Shown in pieces: positions 56,843 to 64,000 of a stretch of 64,000 nucleotides of DNA. The notes beneath the pieces are model-generated. The model made no database searches, was not told where the DNA came from, and saw only the letters and a program-made list of their open reading frames with translations. Position 1 is the first letter of the stretch; each line of letters starts with the position of its first letter. The translations under genes and the position numbers were made by a program. Source of the stretch: Pyrinomonadaceae bacterium (GTDB lineage Bacteria; Acidobacteriota; Blastocatellia; Pyrinomonadales; Pyrinomonadaceae); NCBI GenBank assembly GCA_044221625.1, contig JBGAOU010000016.1:12709-76708 (forward strand), in the 5' to 3' direction.

Positions 56843-57295
56843 ATGCCTAAAAAAGAGAGTTTGCAGCATAAGATCGACCGGGTTCGCCCGCCTCGTGTTC
56901 AGATCACCTACGATGTTGAGGTTGGCGGAGCGATCGAACTCAAGGAGCTTCCGTTCGTGCTCGGCGTTATGGGCGATTTTGTCGGAAAGCCCGAGGAGCC
57001 GCTGCCGGGATTCAAGAATCGTAAATTCGTCGAGATCGATCCGGACAACTTCAATCAGGTTCTGGCGGGAATGGCTCCGAGGCTTGCCTATACGGTGGAC
57101 AACAAGGTCCAGGATGACGGCAGCAAGATGGGTATCGAGTTGAAATTCAACAGCATCGAGGACTTTGAGCCCGATCGCATCGTCCAGCAGGTCGAACCGC
57201 TGAGGAAGCTGGTTGAGGCACGCTTGGTTCGAAGGAGGACTAAACGAAAATGGCAAAAACTAAAGAACAAGATGCTGCCGCCCAAACCGTCGTGA
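56843..57295 (+). CDS. tssB: T6SS contractile sheath small subunit TssB (VipA)
   Basis: RVQITYDVEVGGAIELKELPFVLGVMGDF..FVEIDPDNFNQV is typical of TssB. The 3' end overlaps tssC by 46 nt. Confidence 0.85.
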   Translation: MPKKESLQHKIDRVRPPRVQITYDVEVGGAIELKELPFVLGVMGDFVGKPEEPLPGFKNRKFVEIDPDNFNQVLAGMAPRLAYTVDNKVQDDGSKMGIELKFNSIEDFEPDRIVQQVEPLRKLVEARLVRRRTKRKWQKLKNKMLPPKPS

Positions 57296-58740
57296 CCGAA
57301 GAGTCCGGCGGACTGCTCGACAAGATTTTGAGCGAGGGCAGAATGGCCCGTGACGAATATCAGAAGGAACGCGCCAAGGATATGATCGGCGAATTCGTCA
57401 ATCAGGTGATGAGCGGCGAACTCACGATGTCCAAGAACATGGACGTTGCCATCAACTCGCGCATCGCCGAGATCGACCGGCTCGTCTCGGCCCAGATGAA
57501 TGCGATCATGCACCACGAGGACTTTCAGAAACTCGAGGCGTCGTGGCGCGGACTCCATCATTTGATCAAGAATTCGCTGACCGGCACACAGCTCAAGATC
57601 AAGGTCATGAGCGTGACCAAGGGCGACCTCCTTAAGGACTTTGAGCGTGCGCTTGAGTTTGACCAGTCGTCGCTCTTTAAGAAGGTTTACGAAGAGGAAT
57701 ACGGCACGTTCGGCGGAGCTCCGTTCGGCGCGTTGATCGGGGATTTCGAATTCGGCAATCATCCGCAGGACATGGCGTTGCTCGAGAGCATTTCGCAGGT
57801 CGCCGCCGCTGCCCATGCACCGTTCCTCAGTGCCGCCTCGGCCGGAATGTTTGGCTGGGACACCTTCAGCGAAATGTCCGAGGTCCGCGATGTCGCGAAG
57901 ATATTTGACCGGACCGAGTATATGAAGTGGCGCAGCTTCCGCGAGTCGGAAGATTCGCGTTACGTCGGGCTGACGCTGCCGCACGTGCTGATGCGCGAGC
58001 CGTACGGTGCCGCGACCAAGCCGACCGAAACCTTCAGATTTGAAGAGGACGTCGACGGAAAGGACCACAAGAAATATCTGTGGGGCAACGCGGCAAATGC
58101 CCTGGGAACACGTTTGACCGAGGCGTTTTCGATGTACGGCTGGTGCGTCGCGATCCGCGGCGTCGAAGGCGGCGGACTCGTACAGGGACTGCCGACGCAT
58201 ACATTTGAAACGGACGAAGGCGAGATCGCGATGAAGTGCCCGACCGAGGTCGCGGTAACGGATCGCCGCGAGAAGGAGTTTGCCGACAACGGCTTTATTC
58301 CCCTGGTTCACTGCAAGGGAACGGATTATGCCGCGTTCTTCGGGGCACAGTCCGCCAACAAGGCCAAAAAGTACGACTCTGACGCCGCCAACGCCAACGC
58401 GCGGCTCTCGACTCAGCTGCAATACATCTTTGCGGTATCGCGTTTCGCTCATTACCTGAAGGCAATGATGCGGGACAAGATCGGCAGCTTTATGTCGCGT
58501 ACCGAATGCGAGATGTTCCTGAACAAGTGGATCATGAACTACGTCACCGAGGACGACAACGCGTCGCCGGCGACCAAGTCACAGTATCCGCTTCGCGAGG
58601 CCAAGGTCGAGGTGGCTGAGATACCGGGGAAACCCGGTTGCTACCGCGCCGTGGCTTTCCTGAGGCCGCACTTCCAACTCGACGAACTTTCAGTTTCGCT
58701 GCGTTTGGTCGCGGATTTGCCGCAGCCGGCTAACGGCTAG
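57250..58740 (+). CDS. tssC: T6SS contractile sheath large subunit TssC (VipB)
   Basis: 496 aa. GGLLDKIL.., WRGLHHLI, GAPFGALIGDFEF and PLVHCKGTDYAAFFGAQS are TssC motifs. Strong RBS AAGGAGGA 8 nt upstream. Confidence 0.9.
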   Translation: MAKTKEQDAAAQTVVTEESGGLLDKILSEGRMARDEYQKERAKDMIGEFVNQVMSGELTMSKNMDVAINSRIAEIDRLVSAQMNAIMHHEDFQKLEASWRGLHHLIKNSLTGTQLKIKVMSVTKGDLLKDFERALEFDQSSLFKKVYEEEYGTFGGAPFGALIGDFEFGNHPQDMALLESISQVAAAAHAPFLSAASAGMFGWDTFSEMSEVRDVAKIFDRTEYMKWRSFRESEDSRYVGLTLPHVLMREPYGAATKPTETFRFEEDVDGKDHKKYLWGNAANALGTRLTEAFSMYGWCVAIRGVEGGGLVQGLPTHTFETDEGEIAMKCPTEVAVTDRREKEFADNGFIPLVHCKGTDYAAFFGAQSANKAKKYDSDAANANARLSTQLQYIFAVSRFAHYLKAMMRDKIGSFMSRTECEMFLNKWIMNYVTEDDNASPATKSQYPLREAKVEVAEIPGKPGCYRAVAFLRPHFQLDELSVSLRLVADLPQPANG

Positions 58741-58758
58741 CATTCGCCGACGCCGACG

Positions 58759-58789
58759 GGCACGGAGTTTCGCAACTGAACTCCGTGCC
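58759..58789 (+). terminator. 11-bp-stem hairpin between tssC and hcp (attenuator/partial terminator candidate)
   Basis: GGCACGGAGTT - 9-nt loop - AACTCCGTGCC. The T-rich run comes only 16 nt further on. Confidence 0.4.
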
Positions 58790-58914
58790 GGTCGCCCGGC
58801 TAGTTTATTTTTTTCGCTTACTTCGCAAAAAAAACTATCGGTATCGTCTTTATGATGTGGGTAGTTCGGAGATAGCAGAAACGCTTTTCCATCAAATAAA
58901 AGGAGCAAAATAAA

Positions 58915-59400
58915 ATGGCAGTAGATTATTTTTTGAAACTAGACGGCGTTGACGGTGAGAGTCACGATCACAAACACAAAGGCGAGATCGACCTCCAATC
59001 ATGGTCATTCGGTGCGACAAATTCCGGTTCGTTCTCGACGGGCGGCGGCGGCGGTGCGGGCAAGGTCTCGATGCAGGATTTTCACTTCGTGATGAGCTCC
59101 AGCAAGGCGTCACCGAAACTGATGCTCGCCTGTGCGACCGGCGAACACATCAAGAAAGCGGTCCTTATCTGCCGCAAGGCCGGTACGGAACAGCAGGAAT
59201 ATCTCAAGGTCACGATGTCGGACGTTTTAGTCTCGTCATACCAGACCGGCGGCGCGGCTCACGGCGGCGACACTTCGACCGACCAGATCTCGCTCAACTT
59301 TGCGAAGATCGAGATCGAGTACAAAGAGCAGAAGCCGGACGGTTCGCTCGGCGGTGCCATCAAGGCCGGCTACGACGTCAAGGCCAACAAGAAGGTCTAA
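58915..59400 (+). CDS. hcp: T6SS tube protein Hcp (TssD)
   Basis: MAVDYFLKLDGVDGESHDHKHKGEIDLQSWSFG is the classic Hcp N-terminus. 161 aa. Confidence 0.9.
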   Translation: MAVDYFLKLDGVDGESHDHKHKGEIDLQSWSFGATNSGSFSTGGGGGAGKVSMQDFHFVMSSSKASPKLMLACATGEHIKKAVLICRKAGTEQQEYLKVTMSDVLVSSYQTGGAAHGGDTSTDQISLNFAKIEIEYKEQKPDGSLGGAIKAGYDVKANKKV

Positions 59401-59439
59401 CTTTACACCTCAGCCCGGCTTCGGTCGGCAGGCAGATCG

Positions 59440-59486
59440 GCAGGGCTGTATCGCGAATCGGTGCAGCCCTGCAAATTAGTTTTTTG
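59440..59486 (+). terminator. hairpin + T-run after hcp
   Basis: GCAGGGCTG - 15-nt loop - CAGCCCTGC, then AAATTAG and TTTTTT. Confidence 0.5.
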
Positions 59487-59503
59487 TCCGGTATTTGGCT
59501 TTT

Positions 59504-59983
59504 ATGTCCCGCAGCAACTCCGAGATACGCGTCACGCCGTCGGTCCTGGATCGCCTGATCGATCTTGATCCGCTGGAGAGCCGCGAGGCCGCGAAATCGC
59601 GTTCGGCAGGCCTGCAGGACCTCAAGGCATCGGTCCGACGCGACCTCGAATGGCTGCTCAACACACGCTGCCACGTTGACGAGAGCGGCGTGCAGCTTGA
59701 GGAGGCAAAACGTTCACTGGCATTCTACGGCCTGCCCGACATAATGGGTATGAACGCAAAGAACAGCCACGAACAGGTGAGGCTCACCAAATCGCTTGAA
59801 AATGCGATCAGGACGTTTGAGCCGCGGTTCGTAAATCTTAAGGTGACGATGGACCCGGTCGAACACACCGACCGGCATCTGCGGTTCAGGATCGAAGCCA
59901 ATCTGGATATCGAGCCGACGCCGGAACCGATCGTTTTTGACACAATGCTGGAACTCGGCAGCGGCGAATTTACTATGGCATAG
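59504..59983 (+). CDS. tssE: T6SS baseplate protein TssE (gp25-like)
   Basis: VTPSVLDRLIDLDP.., WLLNTR and YGLPD motifs of the GPW/gp25 family. ATG 59504 within ORF 59495. Confidence 0.85.
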   Translation: MSRSNSEIRVTPSVLDRLIDLDPLESREAAKSRSAGLQDLKASVRRDLEWLLNTRCHVDESGVQLEEAKRSLAFYGLPDIMGMNAKNSHEQVRLTKSLENAIRTFEPRFVNLKVTMDPVEHTDRHLRFRIEANLDIEPTPEPIVFDTMLELGSGEFTMA

Positions 59984-60015
59984 GCTGCAGGCGGCCGTAG
60001 CAGAACTGTTACTTT

Positions 60016-61908
60016 ATGCGCGATGAACTCCTAGGGTATTACGAGCGTGAACTCGTATTTCTGCGCCGTATGGGTGCGGAGTTTGCCCGCAAATACCCTA
60101 AGATCGCGGCTCGTCTGCAGCTCGACGAGGACAAGGTCGAGGATCCGCATGTTGAGCGGATGATCGAGGCTTTTGCCTACCTGACGGCTCGTATCAGCCA
60201 CAAACTCGACGACGAACTGCCCGAGATCACCGAGGCATTTCTCAACATACTCTACCCGCATTACCTGTCGCCGATCCCGTCAATGGCGGTCGTCCAATTC
60301 TCGTACGGTTCGCCGAACGACAAACTGACCGCAGTCCAGAATATCGAGCGAGGTACGAGGCTCAATTCGCGGCCGGTCGACGGAACTCCGTGCCGATTCC
60401 GAACGGCTTATGACACGAGCTTGATGCCGATCGAGATCGAATCGGCCGCACTCGAATCGCCGGCACCGAAGGACGCCCGCGGCAAGATGAGCGAAGCGAC
60501 GATCCGCCTCAGCATGCGGTGTTTCGGCAACGCAAATCTGAGCGAGCTCAAGGACGGTGTGACCTCACAGCCGCCTGAAAAGATACGTTTTTACCTCGAC
60601 GGCGAACCGCAACTCGTCTTTCCGCTCTACGAGATGCTGATGAATCACGCATCCGCGGTGGAATTTAGGCCGAAGGACGCTCCGATCGGCGACCGCACGT
60701 TAAAGACGATGACCAACATCCAGCTGAAAAAGCCGGATCCGGTCATCCTCGCGGCGAGCGACGCCATAAAGCCGGTCGGGTTTAACGAAGATGAGGCGAT
60801 GCTTCCCTTCACGAAACGCTCATTTGCCGGATATCGTCTGCTGACGGAGTATTTCGCGTTTCCGTACAAATTCCTGTTCTTCGACCTGTTCGGCGTCGAT
60901 CAAGCGATCGCGAAGAAGTTCGGCAGCCATTTTGACATCCTGATCCATCTGCGGGACATAACGCCGCCGGTCGCCCCGATCTCGAACGAGACGTTTCGGA
61001 TGGGTTGCTCACCGATAATCAATCTGTTTTCGAAACTCTCGGATCCGATATATTTGTCTCAGCAAAAGTACGAATACCAGATCATCCCGGATGTCCATCG
61101 TCAATCGACCACCGAGATATATTCGGTGAACGAGGTGATCACCACCGACCCACGCTCGAATCAGACTCGTGAATTCTCGCCTTTTTACTCGATGCGTCAT
61201 GCATATGGCGAACAGATGGAAAAGTCCTTCTGGTACGCCGTCAGACGGCCGTCGCAAAGGACGGACGACGCCGGAACCGAGGTCTTTTTGTCGCTGGTCG
61301 ACCTCAATTTTGACCCGCTCATCCCGGCGGTCGAGGTCCTGAACGTCAAAACGACATGTACTAACCGCGATCTGCCGGCAAAGCTGCCTTTTGGCGGTAA
61401 AGAGGGTGATTTTGAGGTCGAGGGCACGGCTCTGCTGTCGCGTGTGAGGTGCCTGACCAAACCGACCGAGACGATACGGCCGCCGCAGCGGCGTTCGGCC
61501 CAATGGCGGCTGATCTCACATCTCAATCTGAATTATCTGTCGATAGTTAACAGCGAGAACGGAACGCCCGAAGCACTGCAGGAACTGCTGCAATTGTACA
61601 ATTTTGACGACTCGTCGGTGATCAGAAAACAGATCCTGGGCATCACCCGGATCGAATCACGCAAGGTCGTCCGGCAGATCGGCGGCCGGATCGGGGCCGG
61701 ATTTGTCCGCGGGCTCGAGACGACCCTGACATTTGACGAAGAGCAGTTTGTCGGCAGCGGACTGTTTCTGTTCGCAAGCGTTTTAGAGCGTTTTCTCGGC
61801 CTGTATTCGTCGATAAATTCATTCAACCAACTTGTTATCAGGACCGAACAGCGAGAGGAGATCGTGCGCCGATTTGCCCCGCGGGCGGGTGAACAGGAAT
61901 TGTCATAA
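60016..61908 (+). CDS. tssF: T6SS baseplate protein TssF
   Basis: LLGYYERELVFLRRMGAEFARKYPKIAARL is the TssF N-terminal signature. 630 aa. Confidence 0.9.
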   Translation: MRDELLGYYERELVFLRRMGAEFARKYPKIAARLQLDEDKVEDPHVERMIEAFAYLTARISHKLDDELPEITEAFLNILYPHYLSPIPSMAVVQFSYGSPNDKLTAVQNIERGTRLNSRPVDGTPCRFRTAYDTSLMPIEIESAALESPAPKDARGKMSEATIRLSMRCFGNANLSELKDGVTSQPPEKIRFYLDGEPQLVFPLYEMLMNHASAVEFRPKDAPIGDRTLKTMTNIQLKKPDPVILAASDAIKPVGFNEDEAMLPFTKRSFAGYRLLTEYFAFPYKFLFFDLFGVDQAIAKKFGSHFDILIHLRDITPPVAPISNETFRMGCSPIINLFSKLSDPIYLSQQKYEYQIIPDVHRQSTTEIYSVNEVITTDPRSNQTREFSPFYSMRHAYGEQMEKSFWYAVRRPSQRTDDAGTEVFLSLVDLNFDPLIPAVEVLNVKTTCTNRDLPAKLPFGGKEGDFEVEGTALLSRVRCLTKPTETIRPPQRRSAQWRLISHLNLNYLSIVNSENGTPEALQELLQLYNFDDSSVIRKQILGITRIESRKVVRQIGGRIGAGFVRGLETTLTFDEEQFVGSGLFLFASVLERFLGLYSSINSFNQLVIRTEQREEIVRRFAPRAGEQELS

Positions 61909-61912
61909 AGAG

Positions 61913-62938
61913 GTGCCAAAGAAACCGCTAAATCAAGAACTGTTCGACGAGCCATTCGCGTTCGAGTTCTTTCAGGCTGTCCGCTTGCTCGAGAAGATCT
62001 ACTCGGACCGCAAGACCGTCGGCAAAGACGCCCTTCCCAACGAAGAGGTCGTCCGCTTTCGGTCTCGCATCGGCCTTGATTTTCCGGCAAGCGAGATACA
62101 GGAGATCCACGAGATCGCCGACGCCGAGTCAAACGAGCGCCGCGTCGAGATGCTGGTTAACTTTATGGGTATGGCGGGCGTCAGCGGCGTTTTGCCTACG
62201 CATTACACAGAACTCGTACTCGACCGCATCCGTCATCGCGACACCACGCTCTGGTCATTTCTGGATATCTTCACTCATCGATCAGTTTCGATGTTTTACA
62301 GGGCGTGGGCCAAATATCGGTTTCCGATCGCATACGAGCGCGGCGACCGCGAGTTTACGTCGTATATTTTTGACCTTGCGGGCCTCGGTACGGACGGGCT
62401 CCGCGGGCGGATGGACATCGACGACGAATCGATGCTTCCCTACGTCGGCCTGATCGGGCAAAAACCGCACTCGGTGAACGCGGTCGAGAATATGATCAGC
62501 GATCATTTCTCAGTGGCCGCCAAGGTCGAACAGTACTTCGGGCAGTGGCTCCAATTGGCCGATGAGGACACCACCAAACTGGGCCGGAGCAATTCGGAAC
62601 TCGGCAAAAGCTCGATCGCCGGAACGCGGGTCTGGGACCAGCAGTCAAAGATCCGGATTCAAGTAGGCCCGCTGAGCTTTAAACAATATCAGGCATTTTT
62701 GCCGAACGGCTCGGCTTATCGCGAACTGTGTTCGATGATCCGGTTCATGATCGGATTTGAGTTCGATTTTGATGTTCAGCTTGTTTTGGCGGCCAAGCAA
62801 GTGCCGGGGTCGGTGCTTACGACCAAGGCCGTGCGGCGGCCGATGCTGGGTTGGACAACGTGGCTTAAGACCAAGCCGTTCGCGGCGGACGATGATCAGT
62901 TGGTACTGCAGACCGACGGGGCACCCTCAGAAAATTAG
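61913..62938 (+). CDS. tssG: T6SS baseplate protein TssG
   Basis: EPFAFEFFQAVRLLE signature. ORF 61832 overlaps tssF, so GTG 61913 just after the tssF stop is preferred. The start is uncertain. Confidence 0.8.
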   Translation: MPKKPLNQELFDEPFAFEFFQAVRLLEKIYSDRKTVGKDALPNEEVVRFRSRIGLDFPASEIQEIHEIADAESNERRVEMLVNFMGMAGVSGVLPTHYTELVLDRIRHRDTTLWSFLDIFTHRSVSMFYRAWAKYRFPIAYERGDREFTSYIFDLAGLGTDGLRGRMDIDDESMLPYVGLIGQKPHSVNAVENMISDHFSVAAKVEQYFGQWLQLADEDTTKLGRSNSELGKSSIAGTRVWDQQSKIRIQVGPLSFKQYQAFLPNGSAYRELCSMIRFMIGFEFDFDVQLVLAAKQVPGSVLTTKAVRRPMLGWTTWLKTKPFAADDDQLVLQTDGAPSEN

Positions 62939-62951
62939 GAGATGACTAGTA

Positions 62952-64000
62952 ATGAACGTTAACTTAAAATCACTGATCGGAAGATTAAACGACACCTGCC
63001 GTGAAGCTCTGGAAGGTGCGGCCGGACTCTGCCTCACTCGAACGAATTATGATGTCGAGATCGAGCATATCCTGGCCAAACTGCTCGAACAGGACAACAC
63101 CGACCTTCATCGGATCTGCAATCATTACGAGGTCAGCGTGGACCGTCTCGCTAAGGACGTGACGGAAGCTCTCGGCCGGCTGAAGACCGGAAATACGCGT
63201 ACGCCCGGGCTCAGCGACCGTCTGCCGCGTTGGATACAGGACGCATGGCTCCTGGCCTCGGTCGATTATGGCGCAGCCCGTGTCCGAAGCGGCCACTTGG
63301 TATTGGCGTTGGTCGCTAACGAGAGCTATGCGCGAATTGCCCGCGAGATCTCACGCGAATTTAACCACATTTCCGCTGAGTCGCTGCAAACCAAGCTGCC
63401 GGAGATCACCGCCGACTCGAACGAAGAACGGGATGCGGTCCTCCTTGGCGAAACAGCCGGCTTATCTGACGGTTCGCCGGTCGCGAGCGGTGTTCCCGGC
63501 AAGACCAAGGCCCTCGATCAGTATACTGAGGATCTGACGGCGAAGGCCGCCGCCGGCAAGATCGACCCGATCCTCGGGCGTGAGGGTGAGATACGTCAGA
63601 TCGTCGATATCCTGACCCGACGACGCCAGAATAATCCGATCCTGACGGGCGAGGCCGGCGTCGGCAAGACCGCCGTCGTCGAGGGTTTTGCCGCACGGAT
63701 CGCGGCCGGCGATGTGCCCGATCCGCTCAAAAATGTCTCGGTTCGCTCGCTCGACCTCGGCCTGCTGCAGGCAGGTGCCGGCGTCAAGGGTGAATTCGAG
63801 CAGCGACTGAAGAACGTCATCGACGAGGTCAAGGCGTCGCCGCAGCCGATAATCATGTTTATCGACGAGGCACACACGATGATCGGCGCCGGCGGCCAGG
63901 CCGGACAGAACGACGCCGCAAATCTGCTGAAACCGGCTCTTGCCCGCGGTGAACTGCGAACGATCGCGGCAACGACGTGGGCCGAATATAAGAAATATTT
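62952..64000 (+). CDS. clpV: T6SS AAA+ ATPase ClpV (TssH), 5' part; runs off right edge
   Basis: Open frame from ATG 62952, not in the ORF track because there is no stop. It has a Clp N-domain and then ILGREGEIRQIVDILTRRRQNNPILTGEAGVGKTAVVEGFAARIAAGDVPDPL (D1 Walker A) and MFIDEAHT (Walker B). Confidence 0.9.
   Translation, partial: MNVNLKSLIGRLNDTCREALEGAAGLCLTRTNYDVEIEHILAKLLEQDNTDLHRICNHYEVSVDRLAKDVTEALGRLKTGNTRTPGLSDRLPRWIQDAWLLASVDYGAARVRSGHLVLALVANESYARIAREISREFNHISAESLQTKLPEITADSNEERDAVLLGETAGLSDGSPVASGVPGKTKALDQYTEDLTAKAAAGKIDPILGREGEIRQIVDILTRRRQNNPILTGEAGVGKTAVVEGFAARIAAGDVPDPLKNVSVRSLDLGLLQAGAGVKGEFEQRLKNVIDEVKASPQPIIMFIDEAHTMIGAGGQAGQNDAANLLKPALARGELRTIAATTWAEYKKY

Noticed and set aside
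57088-58452. 454-aa minus-strand ORF
   Set aside because: Antisense shadow of tssC. No recognisable motifs, and tssC is unambiguous.
48869-58914. Sigma54-type (GG-N10-GC) promoters upstream of tssK, tssA, tssB and hcp
   Set aside because: I scanned the intergenic regions by eye. Only TGGCG/TGGCAC words without a correctly spaced TTGC element were found, one of them inside the tssM coding sequence. No promoter call is justified.
1-64000. tRNA, rRNA, CRISPR arrays, transposases, integrases and prophage genes
   Set aside because: No T-loop-like GGTTCGAATCC-type sequence occurs in intergenic DNA. There are no regularly spaced direct repeats with unique spacers, and no DDE/tyrosine-recombinase-like ORFs. 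The accessory island shows no recognisable mobility gene in this window.

Overview
64-kb window from a GC-rich (about 60% in core genes) Gram-negative chromosome. The gene content (BNR/FG-GAP exoproteins, OPT transporter, M14/M16 peptidases) is reminiscent of Acidobacteriota, but that is only an impression. All calls come from reading the ORF translations and the DNA by eye; no database search was possible.

Layout:
- (i) 1-27.1 kb: ordinary metabolic and envelope genes. These include thiO-like oxidase, NAD-IDH family dehydrogenase, PepP, queE/queC, M16 and M14 peptidases, MgtA, an OPT transporter, a PilZ protein, a Gfo/Idh/MocA oxidoreductase, an M19 dipeptidase and a 1102-aa BNR + FG-GAP exoprotein. 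A small operon of two paralogous envelope proteins plus two polytopic membrane proteins lies at 5.4-8.1 kb.
- (ii) 27.1-41.5 kb: an accessory island.
  - It opens with a roughly 190-bp stretch of helically phased A4/T4 tracts and TTTTGC palindromes.
  - Next comes a multiply frameshifted FG-GAP pseudogene.
  - Then an Rhs polymorphic-toxin array: one full-length rhs (broken by two frameshifts, with a Sec-type N-terminus) plus its immunity gene.
  - Three orphan toxin/immunity cassettes follow, with tails that look HExxH metallopeptidase-like, GIY-YIG-like and PD-(D/E)xK-like.
  - A chimeric ClpA/XRE gene fragment sits inside the array as a recombination scar, and GC falls sharply in the cassette tails.
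- (iii) 41.9-43.7 kb: cystathionine beta-synthase and a tail-anchored Pro-rich protein.
- (iv) 43.8-48.1 kb: three tandem paralogs with FHA - TM - periplasmic SLT-like architecture. Only one keeps the lytic-transglycosylase catalytic motifs.
- (v) 48.98-64.0 kb: a type VI secretion core cluster, tssK-tssL-tssM-tagJ-tssA-tssB-tssC-hcp-tssE-tssF-tssG-clpV. clpV runs off the right edge. No tssJ, vgrG or PAAR gene is visible in the window.

No rRNA, tRNA, CRISPR, transposase or integrase was recognised. The many long antisense ORFs are GC-rich shadow frames.
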